Shown: positions 10,749 to 23,500 of the stretch, piece after piece
Layout: every line of letters begins with the position of its first letter
Position numbering within the stretch: position 1 is the first letter of the stretch
Assembly (NCBI GenBank): GCA_964270895.1
Contig: OZ185439.1
DNA: 64,000 nt
Source of the DNA: Podarcis filfolensis
Lineage: Eukaryota
Strand: one strand, 5' to 3'
The notes under the pieces: model-generated
What the model was told of the DNA's origin: nothing
Database searches by the model: none
What the model saw: the letters and a program-made list of their open reading frames with translations, nothing else
Program-made: the position numbers and the translations under genes

Positions 10749-11510
10749 GGCTGATCACCAGGAGATTTTTCAACATTACCAAAAGCAGCTGTGGAAACGC
10801 ATCCTGGAAGGATTCCTAAAGATTTAACAAAATTGGTTAGTGCAAATGCCGAGAAAGACAAACACTTTTTTTCTAATATTTATTTTTTTCCACCTGCAAA
10901 CTGTAGCAAAACATGATCAGCTTTATTATGCAGACAGGTATCCCTCTACATTATAGAGAATTTAGGCATGTATAAATAGAAGAGCTCTTTAGGAAAGGAA
11001 AAACACTTCAAGAAATGAATAAAACCTTCAATTTTGAACTCATAACTCCAAACAGCAATGGTTAAAATGATGTAGGCCATTCATTCCAAGAGATACGACA
11101 GCACCTTAAAGTGACTGATCTATTTCCCCCAGTAACGTTTTTCACATAACAATGTGTTAAAAGTTACAAATACTGATATGCACAAATAACTAATTCCTAA
11201 GGAAAAAATATGTACAGTACTGCAGCATAATGAATGTGGTATCTGCAATAACTTATTAGCCAATTTTAAAATACATGATACCATTAACATTCTCCTGCCA
11301 ACGCACAGATAAAAAGATGTTTCCATGGCCCCTGTTTTGCACATTACCTGGTGTTTCTTGGTTTTAATACACAATGCAGGCTTTTTTTATTTTTTTGAAA
11401 GAGTTCTCTTGTGTTTAAAGCTAAGATCAGTGAAACAAGACAACAGTGCAAGAGGCGCAGAGATGTTGTGTGATCACATAAGAGTTCTTTTAGGTAAAGT
11501 GTCTATAAGG

Positions 11511-11570
11511 CTATAAGAAAGGATTGGTTGATGAGCTTCCTGTTGGAAATTGCCCTGCTGGTCCACCTGC
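11511..11570 (-). CDS. AGFG1: AGFG1 last coding exon (60 nt)
   Basis: AGGPAGQFPTGSSSTNPFL-TAG. Confidence 0.95.
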   Translation of the reverse strand, partial: AGGPAGQFPTGSSSTNPFL

Positions 11571-14500
11571 CTAAAGAAAACAAAAGAGAAGTCTCACACA
11601 AAAAGCCATATGCCAAGCATACCATCTGGACAAAACTTAATTTTTCCATTTCCTCTAGATGGGCCAACTGCCTATAATGCACTTTTAGCAAAGGCACAAG
11701 AGGAAAAGAGCTAACAGCATAGAGCAAATGTACACAGATGACTGTGTAAAACAGGATGGGGAGGTGAAAGTTTCTCTTTTTTGTATCCCTTTGGAATCAG
11801 CTATGACTCCAAATATATAAAATTACAAGCATCAAGCGCATGGCCCCCTGCTCCATCCCAACTGAACTGTCTCATGAATCCAAGTCAATAATGACAGAAA
11901 AAGTTACCTCCTGATCTAGACTACCATATCACCAGAGCTCACTTACCATAAAAGGATTACTAGATACTCCAACAGCTGTAACTTGCCCAAATGGGGTTAC
12001 TACTGGTTTTGCCTGTCCAAATGCAGCAAAGCCGGCTCCTTTGTAATAAAATATCAGAAGTTAACTTTAGACTGGTAACCAAGTATCACACTATGCACAT
12101 ACTCTGCTCTCAGCAATTAAACTCAATAAAATATCTGATCCCTATCTAAACAATGGGACTTAATCACTTAGTTGATTTGCTTCCTACTGTAGGTTTCTTC
12201 AACAAAATCATGTCAATTAAAAATACGACTTGAACTGCTCTCTGTGCGCTCAGAAGGGTTTACTACAGGCTTCCTCAACCTCGGCCCTCCGGATGTTTTC
12301 AGACTGCAGTTCCTAGCATCCCTGACCACTGGTCCTGCTAGCTAGGGATCATGGGAGTTGTATGCCAAAAACATCTGGAGGGCCAAGGTTGAGGAAGCCT
12401 GGCTTACTACAACCATCTTAGTTTCTCTTGTGCCCAGTCCTTTAAGGCTGGGATCCTAGGTGTGTCTGAAATATAAAAATACTAGCTAGCAAAGCCTATG
12501 AAACATGCATCTTTTTCTGACATAAAGGCACATTCAAACTTCATGGTATAAAATTATGCAGAAACTAATCATACAGTAGTATATTTGCCAGATTCTTTAA
12601 GTGAAAAGATTCAGAATATCATCTTGAATACATTCCCTGTGTTTGTTAAGTAGCAACTTAGGTGTAACCTGGTTTTGCTAGGGCCAAACACGACTTATTT
12701 AGAAATTATAACACTCTTTTTCCTTATAAAAGAAAAGGAAGGCTGACAAAAATTATTTGCACAATAAAAACAGCTCATGCTAGTAGAATAAATTTCACAA
12801 CAATTTTTTCTGTGCCTAAGGACAAAGAACATGAGAATATAAAATACGCTGCACAGGTGACTCTCCCCCACCCTCCTCCCTGCACCGTTATACCACCAGT
12901 GATATTCTGAGGCAGCAATGCAACATTCAAATGATGTTACACAGGATAGGCAAATACTCTTGAAATAAACAGTCTCAACTTCCAAGACATTCTTAAACTA
13001 CTACTGTATACTCCCATCAGCTAAAACAAAATGTAACATGCAAGCATTTACCATTTGGTTGCTGAGTGAAAGCAGCCTGAGGAAAGGCTGCCTGGGCTGG
13101 GAATGCAGGCTGCTGGAAGTTACCACTAAAGCTAGTAGGAAGACTGTATGAGGCAGTTGTTCCAAATCCTGCAGGCATGCTCATGGATGCTGTGCCAAAT
13201 GTTGCTGCTGGTAAGGGAAATGTAAGCATTCAATTATTTTTGAGCTACGGTTTTTCTGTGAAGTCACGCATATCCTCAGAATCCCTTATGAAGCAGCCAG
13301 TCACATGGCTAGCCTTAAAACTATTAAGCTTCTGGATTTTCTAAGAACACGGCCAAAAATTTGTTGGTCCTGTTCCTTTTGACAACATAACATTTGCCAG
13401 TATCTCTGCCTAGATATTTCCAAATGTTTTTTTAAAAAACGTAACATGGAAACTAGATATAACAGGCAATCAGGATGTGATTTTCAGTGAATACAAGATA
13501 GAAGGAAATTATTTAGAGGGGACAAAAATACAAAACAGGCAGCTAATTTCAAGATAAAAGGGCAGGAAAAAGCACCTAATTTCAAAAGTGCAATGGAACC
13601 ATTTAGCTCAGTAATTCAAGAGCACTTTCAGAAATAATTTAACAAGGAAAGAATGAGCAGAAAGCATTAGAACACTGTTGCTGTTCACTGAGGTGCAAAC
13701 CACTATTAAATTCTGTTCAATACACAGTTGTCAAGATTCAAGAGCAACTTCATTGGCTACCTGAGTGAAATTTTTACTCTGACAACTGATCTATCTGCCC
13801 TTTCAAGCTGATTTTTGAGGGAGGTGCTACTCAAGAAAACTCTTAACCTGGGTCACAGTAAAGAAAAGAAAAATATTTTTCAGTGGCAGCACTGCATGTG
13901 AAACAGTCTAGTAATTAATTTATACCTAATGTTACTAGACATATAAAAGTCTCACAAGAATTTCTAGAATATTATTTTACTGAACCAGGAACTATTTTTC
14001 TTTATTTACAGATTTAGAATGACGCTTCCAAGGAATTTGTTGTTGAGATCTGGCACAGATTTATGTCATCATATCCATCAATAGTTACGGCTAGCCAGGA
14101 AATACATGGCATAAGAGTTAACGGAAGGGAATTGTGGAATAAGGAGGCCACACATGACTAGAAAAATAGACAAGATACAAATAGTGCACTGACAGAACTT
14201 ACACAAGCTACTATTAGCAGAGAGGATACTTAATAGTGAAGCTTGCTAAAACAGCAAAGCCAAACACATTGTGGCAAAATGGTTTGGCACTATGACTCAT
14301 TTCACTTGAGCTACTATGAACACAAGCTTCAAAACTCCACTCATTTTAAGCACCTATTAATGTGACCATGGACGTAAGATAACAATTTCCGCTTACAATC
14401 CTAAACGCACTTACTTGACAGCAAGTCCCAATGAAATAAATGGCATGTACTTTTGAGTATGTGTGTTTAGGAGCGAGGTGTAAAATGTATTAACATTTAC

Positions 14501-17500
14501 ACCGAGTAATGTCATCATGTATTTCAGGTGCATCACCATCCATGCCCACTCCATTTCAGAATATGGAAGGAGGGTTGAAAAAATTGTACATGCAGAGAAA
14601 CCAGTAACTGGCAATAAGCTATCACAAGCAAATGGACAGTTAGCCACATGAAGCTCATATAAAATGTGGCCACCTACCAAAGTGAGGCTGAGGAAATATA
14701 TGAGAGTGCATTGCTCCTGAGAGGCCTTATGGGAAGTCACAAAGAGACCAGACAGTGTCAAATGATTTATAAACAACTTCTCGCAGAAATATTTTTGCAT
14801 GATAAAATAGGCAGTATTAAAACACCGTTTAAAAATTCAGAATACTTCATAGACTATGTGCAAGTCACTTGTCAAATTCATTCCTCTAATAAAGAAACTA
14901 TACAAGTTTTAATGTGCACAAGGGCCCAAAAGCCGTAAGGATAAATGTGTAAATTTTATTACATACATTATATACGTTAAATGAACTACAAAGATTAAGT
15001 GTTCTAAAAGTAGCAACACAATGCAAATGTCTGAAACACAAATATATAAACAATTCAAATTATACTTTAAAAAGCAGGAAGTGGAAGATTTTTATCTGGA
15101 CTTATCTATGTTCCCTGATCCTAATTGTCTGTCCCAGATTGATAAAGCTACAACAAAAGCACAGACGTCTCCCCACTTACACAAATTTGACTCACATGTG
15201 ACCGCGTATATGCATGACACTGGGAAATTATTAAATAAATTGATTTCAACCACAAAAGGGTGCAAAAACAGCCTGAAAAAGAGCAGGAAAACTACAAAAA
15301 TGGTCCAAAAAGAACAGGAAAATGGCTAGAAATCCCATGAGCCTTTGCACCAACCTATGAGGCCTGTAGAAAGTTGAGTTTAAGAAAGGAGGTTTGTAGG
15401 AAGGTTTTTCAAGGGTTCCCAGAGGTTTAGACAGTGTTTACAGGCTTCTTAGATGCTGCTCCCCACTCTATGCAATTTCACGTATATGTGTGGTCCCCGG
15501 GAACATAACCCCCGCATAAGTGGGGAGACGCCTGCATTTGATTTCATAAGAGCTTAACTATATTTAGCATGTTAGTCTGCCTCAAAGTTAAAATTCTATA
15601 GTACCAGAAGGTAAACATTAATTGCTATCAAACAAATGCATAGCATGTTTTCTTTTTCTAACCTGTTGCTGCTCTGCTATTGGTTTGGAATGGGTTCGTT
15701 GAAGGTGCTACTGCGGCTACAGGGGCAGCCACAAATGGATTTGTGGATGGTGTTGCTGAAAAATTAAGAATGGACATTTTTAACACACTATACATCCCTC
15801 AAATTGCCTATCAAAAGAAAACAGTATGATAACTCTTATGTTTAAGACATATTTTTATCATTTCCTGGTTAGAGGAGCCTGTCACGGCTAGGCACATTTG
15901 CCTTCAAGATGTAGAGCATAGCTACTGGAACAGGAAAAATGGGGTCGTGCAGCTGAATCTCTCAAACACAGGTTAGCAATATAGTAATGTTTTACAATAC
16001 CTCCAAATTGAGCAGGAACGCTTGATGACGCAGGCTGTGTCTGTGTATTAGCACCCACTGGTACTGTTCCAAAAGCATTACTGGAAATAATTCACATTCA
16101 TCAAGATCAGAGTCAGTTACTTAACAATTAAGACACCTACAGCTAATTACTGCATGTGAAAACATAGTAGGCTGTTAAATCACATTTTGGGGAGGGAAAG
16201 TTGGTTACATTCTGTTCAACTTAAACCCCAAATCAAAAGCTAACTGGTGCTAGATCAGAATTTGTTTTCCCCAGTAGCCAAAAGTAGTCACAGCTGTATA
16301 ACAAACTAAACTTAGATACGGTTCAAGCAGAAACTTGCACTTCTAGACAGTTACCATAACAATATATTTAATTTCTTTTCACCTGGCTAGTACCAAGTTT
16401 TGCAAACCTCTCTCAATGAAAAGATCTGAACCAATTATGCCATTATAACCAATAAAAATATTCATACAAATGGCTTATCCCTGAAAACAATTTAAAGCAA
16501 TCCTAATTTTATCTCGGAAGTAAGCCTCACTGAACTCGACAAGACTTAATTCCAAGTAAGTGTCTATAGGAATGCAGCCCTAAAGCACTGAGAATACTGA
16601 AAGCGTTTTCCCCTTTTGCCAGAATATTTGTTACATTTTTATTCTTTCTACTTTGAGTTGGCGATACTTATAGCTTGTTTAAAACCTTTCATCTGAGTAA
16701 ACCAATCAACCTCTTCATCCTCCCACTGAAGCCGAAACTCCCAATGCAACTGCAATTTTTAAACAAAATGTCTGCACTTCAAAATTTTACCATTTTTTTT
16801 TTTGCCATTTGTAAACATGATTGGTTTACAACAACTTCTATCAAGAAAGAGTACCTGCTAACATTACTGGTGGAAGTATATGCATTACTAGAGGTTGCTG
16901 TGGAGCTGAACACACTGTCTAATTCTGCTAGAGCTGCATACTTGTCTGAAGATGCACTTGGCTGTCTTGGGGCTGACACAGTGGGACCTGCTGGTACTGT
17001 ATGGGCAGCACCAAAGCCACTTCCTGGCTCACTACCACCTAGGAAGAAAAAGACCAGATTAAAAATGCACAGAGTAGATTTCTTTAGCGCTTAAGTTAGC
17101 AATAACTGAGATGACATTTTTTGTTGAGCAACCTACTATTAGAGAGTTGCAACCATGCTTTTCTATTTTCTTTAAAATCAGAGAAAGTCATGCTCCCAGC
17201 AAATGCAAACCTTCTCCATGGCAGCATTAAACTTTATTCAACGTATCAAACCAAACCTTGCATTCACCTCATTTTCAGAAATATGAACATTAAAAGAGAG
17301 TCCCAAGTCAGGAGCACTTTCTGAAAGTCACACATGGACATAGGCTGACCTGTTCAATGTAATACAATCAGCTCATGTAAGACCAGCATACATGTTAGGA
17401 ATGCCATGTGGATGCTTGCTTTAACTGATATTCATATGTAGAACCTAAGTAAGCAGATCAAACACTACCTCCAAAATCTCTGTGGTAGCGTGAGACAAGT

Positions 17501-20500
17501 GAAGAGTCACTGCATGTGAATGGCTTTTCACATGGTAACAGCCATTCAGAGTGAACCCTTTTATATTTAATATCTAGAAAACAAAAAGATAATCGACTAA
17601 GATATGAAAAGAAATTGTGTCAAACTCCAGCATTACACAAGCAGGCTTCTGATTATGTAACAGGCCTTCCTTTCTTTCCGCCCTGCTCCCTTCGTCTGCT
17701 TCAGAGCATCCTCGAACCCTCCAGAGCAAATTTGGGAGGCTTGCAGGGAGGAACTAGAAATCTCATTGCATAGTGGTGATTCTTCTGCTGACACACAAAC
17801 ACCACTGGATTTTGCCCTAATAAATGTGCATCCATTTTTGTATCCGTGTCTAGCGTATTGCAACTTTAATATGATACTGAACAAACAAAATGAAACCTAC
17901 ATACCCAATAATCAATTACATTGCTTCCATCCCAAACAGTTCAACACAAGTTATTCTCTGTAGTGTTAAACTTCTAAAACCATGAAAATCTTAAAAATTA
18001 GAGTACAGTTAAAGGCTGTAATTTTTTTGCTTAGGATACGCACATTCACAAGCCTTTGAGTCCTTAACCTCAATTGGAGGGTAGATTCCTGAAATTACTG
18101 AGCTTTATTTTATAAGTTTATATGCTGCACATTCCTTCAAAGGACCCCAGGGCAAGTATATCCAATGCTGGTCCTACTCAAAATAGACCTGTTGAATTAA
18201 TGAATATGCCCAACATGGGTCCATTAATTTCCATAGGTCTACTCTGAGGAAAAACTTAGTTGGACACAATCCACTGTTTGAGAGCCCAATGAGATCAGGA
18301 TGAGGCTTCTGATAGTTTCCTCATTGTTAAGAGGCTTTTTCCTAGCTTAGCTGCAGGAAATAAAGAAACCAAATGGTTGCAGAGCTGGCCAGGGAAAAGC
18401 TGATATTAAATACTAAGAGTTAACTTGTACTATTATCCTTTATTTAATTTATTTATTTCTTTATACATACACCACACCCCTCATACAAAATATTAGGGCA
18501 GTGTACAACAAGGTCCACAAACACAAAAAACAGAAGGCATAATAAAAGGAATACAGCAATTTTATATTTTTAAGATATATTTATAACCCTAAGCCTTTTT
18601 TTTTTTTTTGCTTATATATCATATTGGGCTAATAGAGTATTTCTGATTCTTAGTGGACCCATAGCTCTAGGTTAATGAGAAATGTATCCCACAGAGGACT
18701 TTGAACTTATTTTGAAATACTGTACTGCATTCCAAACACCTCCTTTATTATAGATGTTCAGCTTTAGGCATATTTCTACTTTATTTGAAACTCGATAGAA
18801 TTTATAAGGGTATGAGAGACCCAAGAGCCAGTGTGGTGCAGTAGTTGTAGTGTCAGATTAGAACCAGGAAGACCTATTCTGCCATATCCCCATTCAGCCA
18901 TCAAGTTCTCTATCTGATTTCACAACCCTCTTTCTTTGATTGACTGATTGATACCTGGGTGTCTTACAAAGTTAAAATTACAATAAAACAATTTAAACAA
19001 CCCAGCTCACAAGGTTGCAATGAGAGGCAAGGGAGCAGGGGGAAGAGATCCATCTATGCTACCCTGACCTGCTTGGAAGAAAAGATGGACAGAAACTCTG
19101 GAACATTGTACCACATGAAGTCAGCTAGTCATCTATTTCTGGAAATTGCAGTTTTGGTGCACAAATTTCCGAATGATGGGTGACCATTCAGCAGCTGTGT
19201 GAATGGACATTTCTACTCTGGTTTTTTAAGCTTGAAGGGAACCTGGCTGGATGGTCCTTTGTGAACTTTAAGGCTACTTTGCCTTTCTAAAGGATGAGAT
19301 ATAATAACTGCAACACATAAATCTCCACAAGTTCATTTTTAGAACTGCATCAGAGGGTTATTTATGCATTGTGGATCAAAAATACATTGTGACATTGATA
19401 CAAAAATAAGCAGGGAAAGTAGAAGAAAAGTCAAAAAAATATTCAGGTTCTAAGATTACTATTTCTAGCATCACCAACTTGACCACATTTTTAGTTCTCT
19501 GATGGTATTAACTACACTGAAAGAGATGTATTTCCTTGGAAGCTTTGTCCTCAGTCAAATCAACTGAGTCATCACCTATAATCACAGTGACATAACACCA
19601 CCAGATAACTGACAGAATATAAATGGTGCTCTGAATCCTGGTGTGGATGGAGGAAACAACTGAATAGAGTAGGGACCACTATTACTGCACTAATTTTCCT
19701 TTTCCAGATCCACAATGCTTGCACGACTGCCAGTGTATCACATTTTCAAGCAATAGGCTATCAGTTGATATGGTGTATAGCAATCAGAAACATTTTAGGT
19801 AAACAATCAAAACATTTTAATTTCATCAGACTTTATTTATTTTAGTTTTTATTTTGCTGTCTATTGTTTTTTCATTTGTTTTAATAGTGGTTTTACTGTT
19901 CTCATATTTTTATTGTACCAAGATTTTAGGGGGTTTAGGGTTTTTTTTAATGCAAACTGCCTTGGGAGCCCTTAAGGGGGCCAAAAGGAAGTCTATAAAC
20001 GTTTCATAAATAAATGCCTACTAGAACATAACAGAACACCACTACTGCCAAGATAAATAGTGTAAGAGAACAGGTCAAAGAATAAGAATTAGTACCTTGC
20101 CCTGTGCTGAAGATATTATCTAAATTAGCAAGAGCTGCATATTTATCTGCTGACTGGAGGTTCGGTTTATTCACTGCAGCTTTACTGGCTGCAGTTGTGT
20201 TGCTCTGAGAAGCACTGAAGGCTCCAAAATCAGCACTGGAGGATTTGGGGAAGTTATCAAAGTGTGCAAAGTTAGCATTCACTGATCCAGCGCTCCCACC
20301 TGTAACAAAATAAGTTAAACATGATGGATACTTTCAAGCTCAATGAATGTCTCTTCAAATACTATTGGTGGCCATGTGCGGATATGTTTAAAGGGTCACA
20401 AATTTCAAGAAGCTTCTCCTATGGCCAGGTCTTCGCTTGGTTAAAATAGCCGGTTTTTATTTCCAAAATCTAAAAGCCCTAGCTTACCAGTGCTATAGCA

Positions 20501-23500
20501 GAGTGCTGCAAGAGTAGGTGTCGCAACAAGGCTAAATGATTCACATAAGCAGCAAGTATTTTAATATTGTTATCTCCTGCTGCAAATTTAGTTAAGTAAG
20601 AATTCCTTTGACTAATCATACTTTGATTATTTCTGACAGGGAAGCAGAAATATCAAGTTAAGAAGTAAACACAAAGGATCCTGAGGCTTTACTGTGACCT
20701 TAATTTCTTTCTTCCCAGGGACTACTGTTGTGGGCACCCCACATCCTATTGCTATCTTTGACGAACGAAGATAGCTGAAAGGCGTAGAAGGAGTGAGCAC
20801 CACATTTTAAAAATAAAATAAAATCCACATCAGTACCTGTGACAACCATGCATTTAATGTTTTCAAATTTAAACTGAAAGAGATTCCGCTCAAAGGCTGC
20901 CACCAAGTGGTCCTTAACTACTGACGAATATCTGATTCCACTGGTGAAGGTTACAGGATATACAGCCTCCTTCCTCACAAGAGACTGCCATACATCTTGG
21001 GTGACCTGACTCATGACAACATTTGAAAGATCAGTTTGTGTGGGTTCTACAAAATTTGTCATTAAAATTTCCATCCTTAATACCTCAAAACTCCAATTAT
21101 GAGATACTGACCAGGTTTTATATAGCTATCCTTAAGTTATTAGATTCTCATAAATGCTGATAATTCAGTGACATTTTCAATTTGCAGGAAAAAGAAAACC
21201 ATTTTAACTTTGTCTCCAACTGTTTATATTAGGAGGTCTCAATCAAGTGCTGCTCTAGTAAACTACAAGCTAACATCTTTTAATTCAATGACTAATAAGA
21301 AAAGCTTGACATGAAAATGAAGAAAGAAAAAAAGGAATTGTAAATGAAGTGAGCTGAGTTTCCCACCTTGGTGGAACTTACTGCGCACAGCCTGGAGAGG
21401 GAAAGCGGAAGTAGTAAATTCACCAAAACTGCAGCTAGATGAAAGCGTTCTGAACGCTGGACAGCCAGAAATTGTGTGAGGGGTTAAAGTTAACAAAAGG
21501 GAAAAACAAAATTTTAAAAGAAAATCTTAAGACAACACACTTAAAAAAGGAAAAGGAAAAAAGAAAATAAGTCAGCCATAGATCAAGACAAGCAAACATT
21601 ATACAACATGACCAAAATTAAAGAAAAAGCAAAGCAGTAGCCCTTACACATGAGATTTATTTTTTTTTGCGTGATTGAGTAATGTACTTGTGCTACATTA
21701 AATTAGTTTCTTCTCTAGTTGCAGTGCATTTATCACCAACTTGGAATATGGAAAGCAGAATTTTTTAATTTAGCCAATATTCTACAGTGCCAACATACAC
21801 GGCACAAATATTTCATGTGTAGGGATAATTAAGAAGCTACAGGGCAAAAACTTCATGCGAGAAAAAAGCACAATCCACACCAAAGAAAAGGCAGCATTCA
21901 TTACAGGTTTCCCCAGAGCTTCAAAGTGTGTGTGTTAAGACAACTAGATGAAGAAAAGAGTTAAGATATTCTAAATTGTGTCCAGATTAGTTTACATTAA
22001 GAAAGCTAACAATGTTAGAGCATTTCTACCTGTATTTTGGTGCTGAAAAGCAGACTGACTTGCTGTGGGGAAACCACCAAAATTACTCGAACCACTAGAC
22101 TGTCCAAATGCATCAAAGTTTGCAAAACCTGCATTTGCAGAGTTCTGCGCTGTAAATTGCAAATGAACAAAACATGTTAATGGTATGAAAACAAAAAATA
22201 GGTCATAAACTGAATCAGATTATGGCAGGCTTTGAGGGTAGCAAAGCTGCACCTCAAACATGCCACTAACATAAATTGTCACTTATGAAGTATGGGACAA
22301 ATAATTTTGAAAACATAACCTCCAAATGGGAATATAGTTATTTCCATGGGATCTGTGCAAGATACATAGAACTGATGTTTGTCTCTCATGTTGGTCCGCA
22401 ACACAGAAAAGATCACTTCTGCTGATCACAATACCTCCAAACATACATTTTTTGTAATTGATAATAAATAAGTTGCACTTTTTTTAAAAATAGAAAAACA
22501 GCTATCAAATTCCAGCTCACACAATTTGGAGTTATTTTAGGATGTCATCATATTGCAATACTATACTCCTGGTCTCTGTTGGATAGAGCGATGGGCCAGT
22601 TGGATCTTTGTTCACTGCTACTATGGCATCCATTTAAGACAGCTTCATCTTGTATCATGGTGATCTTACAACATTTTGGCTGACGTACAAAGCAGGCTGC
22701 AAGTTCTGTGCACCCAAGGCTTTTGGTGTTTCTTGAACAGAAAATATCCATGCCACAAAAAAATAGCTCTTGAAACTGTGAAGGAGTTTCATAAGCGTTG
22801 TGCAATAGGCCATGGAAAGTCAGTAACCCCACTGGGTATACACAAGCCCCTTGAGCTCACCTAAGGTAGCTCTCTGGGTCCTGGCCTTTGAGAAGTTACT
22901 GAGCCGTAAAAGAAGACAAGATAGCCAATATAAATTTTAAGAGAAAAATCCAAAAGGAAGGGCAAACAACACTGTCAAATATTGGGCCAAAAGAAATTAT
23001 GATTTTTAGTATTTCCATTACTTTACAATATTGAGAATGTAAGGCAAGTAACAAAGTGCACACATTACAAAGTTGTCCATAGATGCAACAAGGTTAATCA
23101 AAGTTTGAATATATTGTTCCTATAATCACTTCCAGAAACATGCAATCAAAGAGTTAACTAGTGAGTTGAAACCACTCTGAAATTCAGCACCTCTTTCTGT
23201 TGTTCCATTAGACTGCCAGATCACAGAGGTTCAGTAACAATAGAAAACAGAGTTCATAGAATTCCCATCAGGGCCTGGACTTGGAAAACTTTTATCACCC
23301 TTGGCACTCTCAATTCTAGTTTCCAGCCCTCAAAGCTTTTCTTGCCTCTTCCCTTCCATCAATCATGCACCATTGCTTCTTTCTTCAGTAGAAAGTATCC
23401 AACTTTATTTTCCTTTGGTTCCTGCATTATTTGTTACTCCTTTTGACTGCCCCGACTTTTCATAAGTCTGATATGCACTCCTCTCTCCTTCTGCAACAAA

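Noticed and set aside
14411-14938. Antiparallel overlapping 129-aa and 90-aa intronic ORFs
   Set aside because: No recognisable domain and no splice-compatible boundaries; lengths are within chance expectation.
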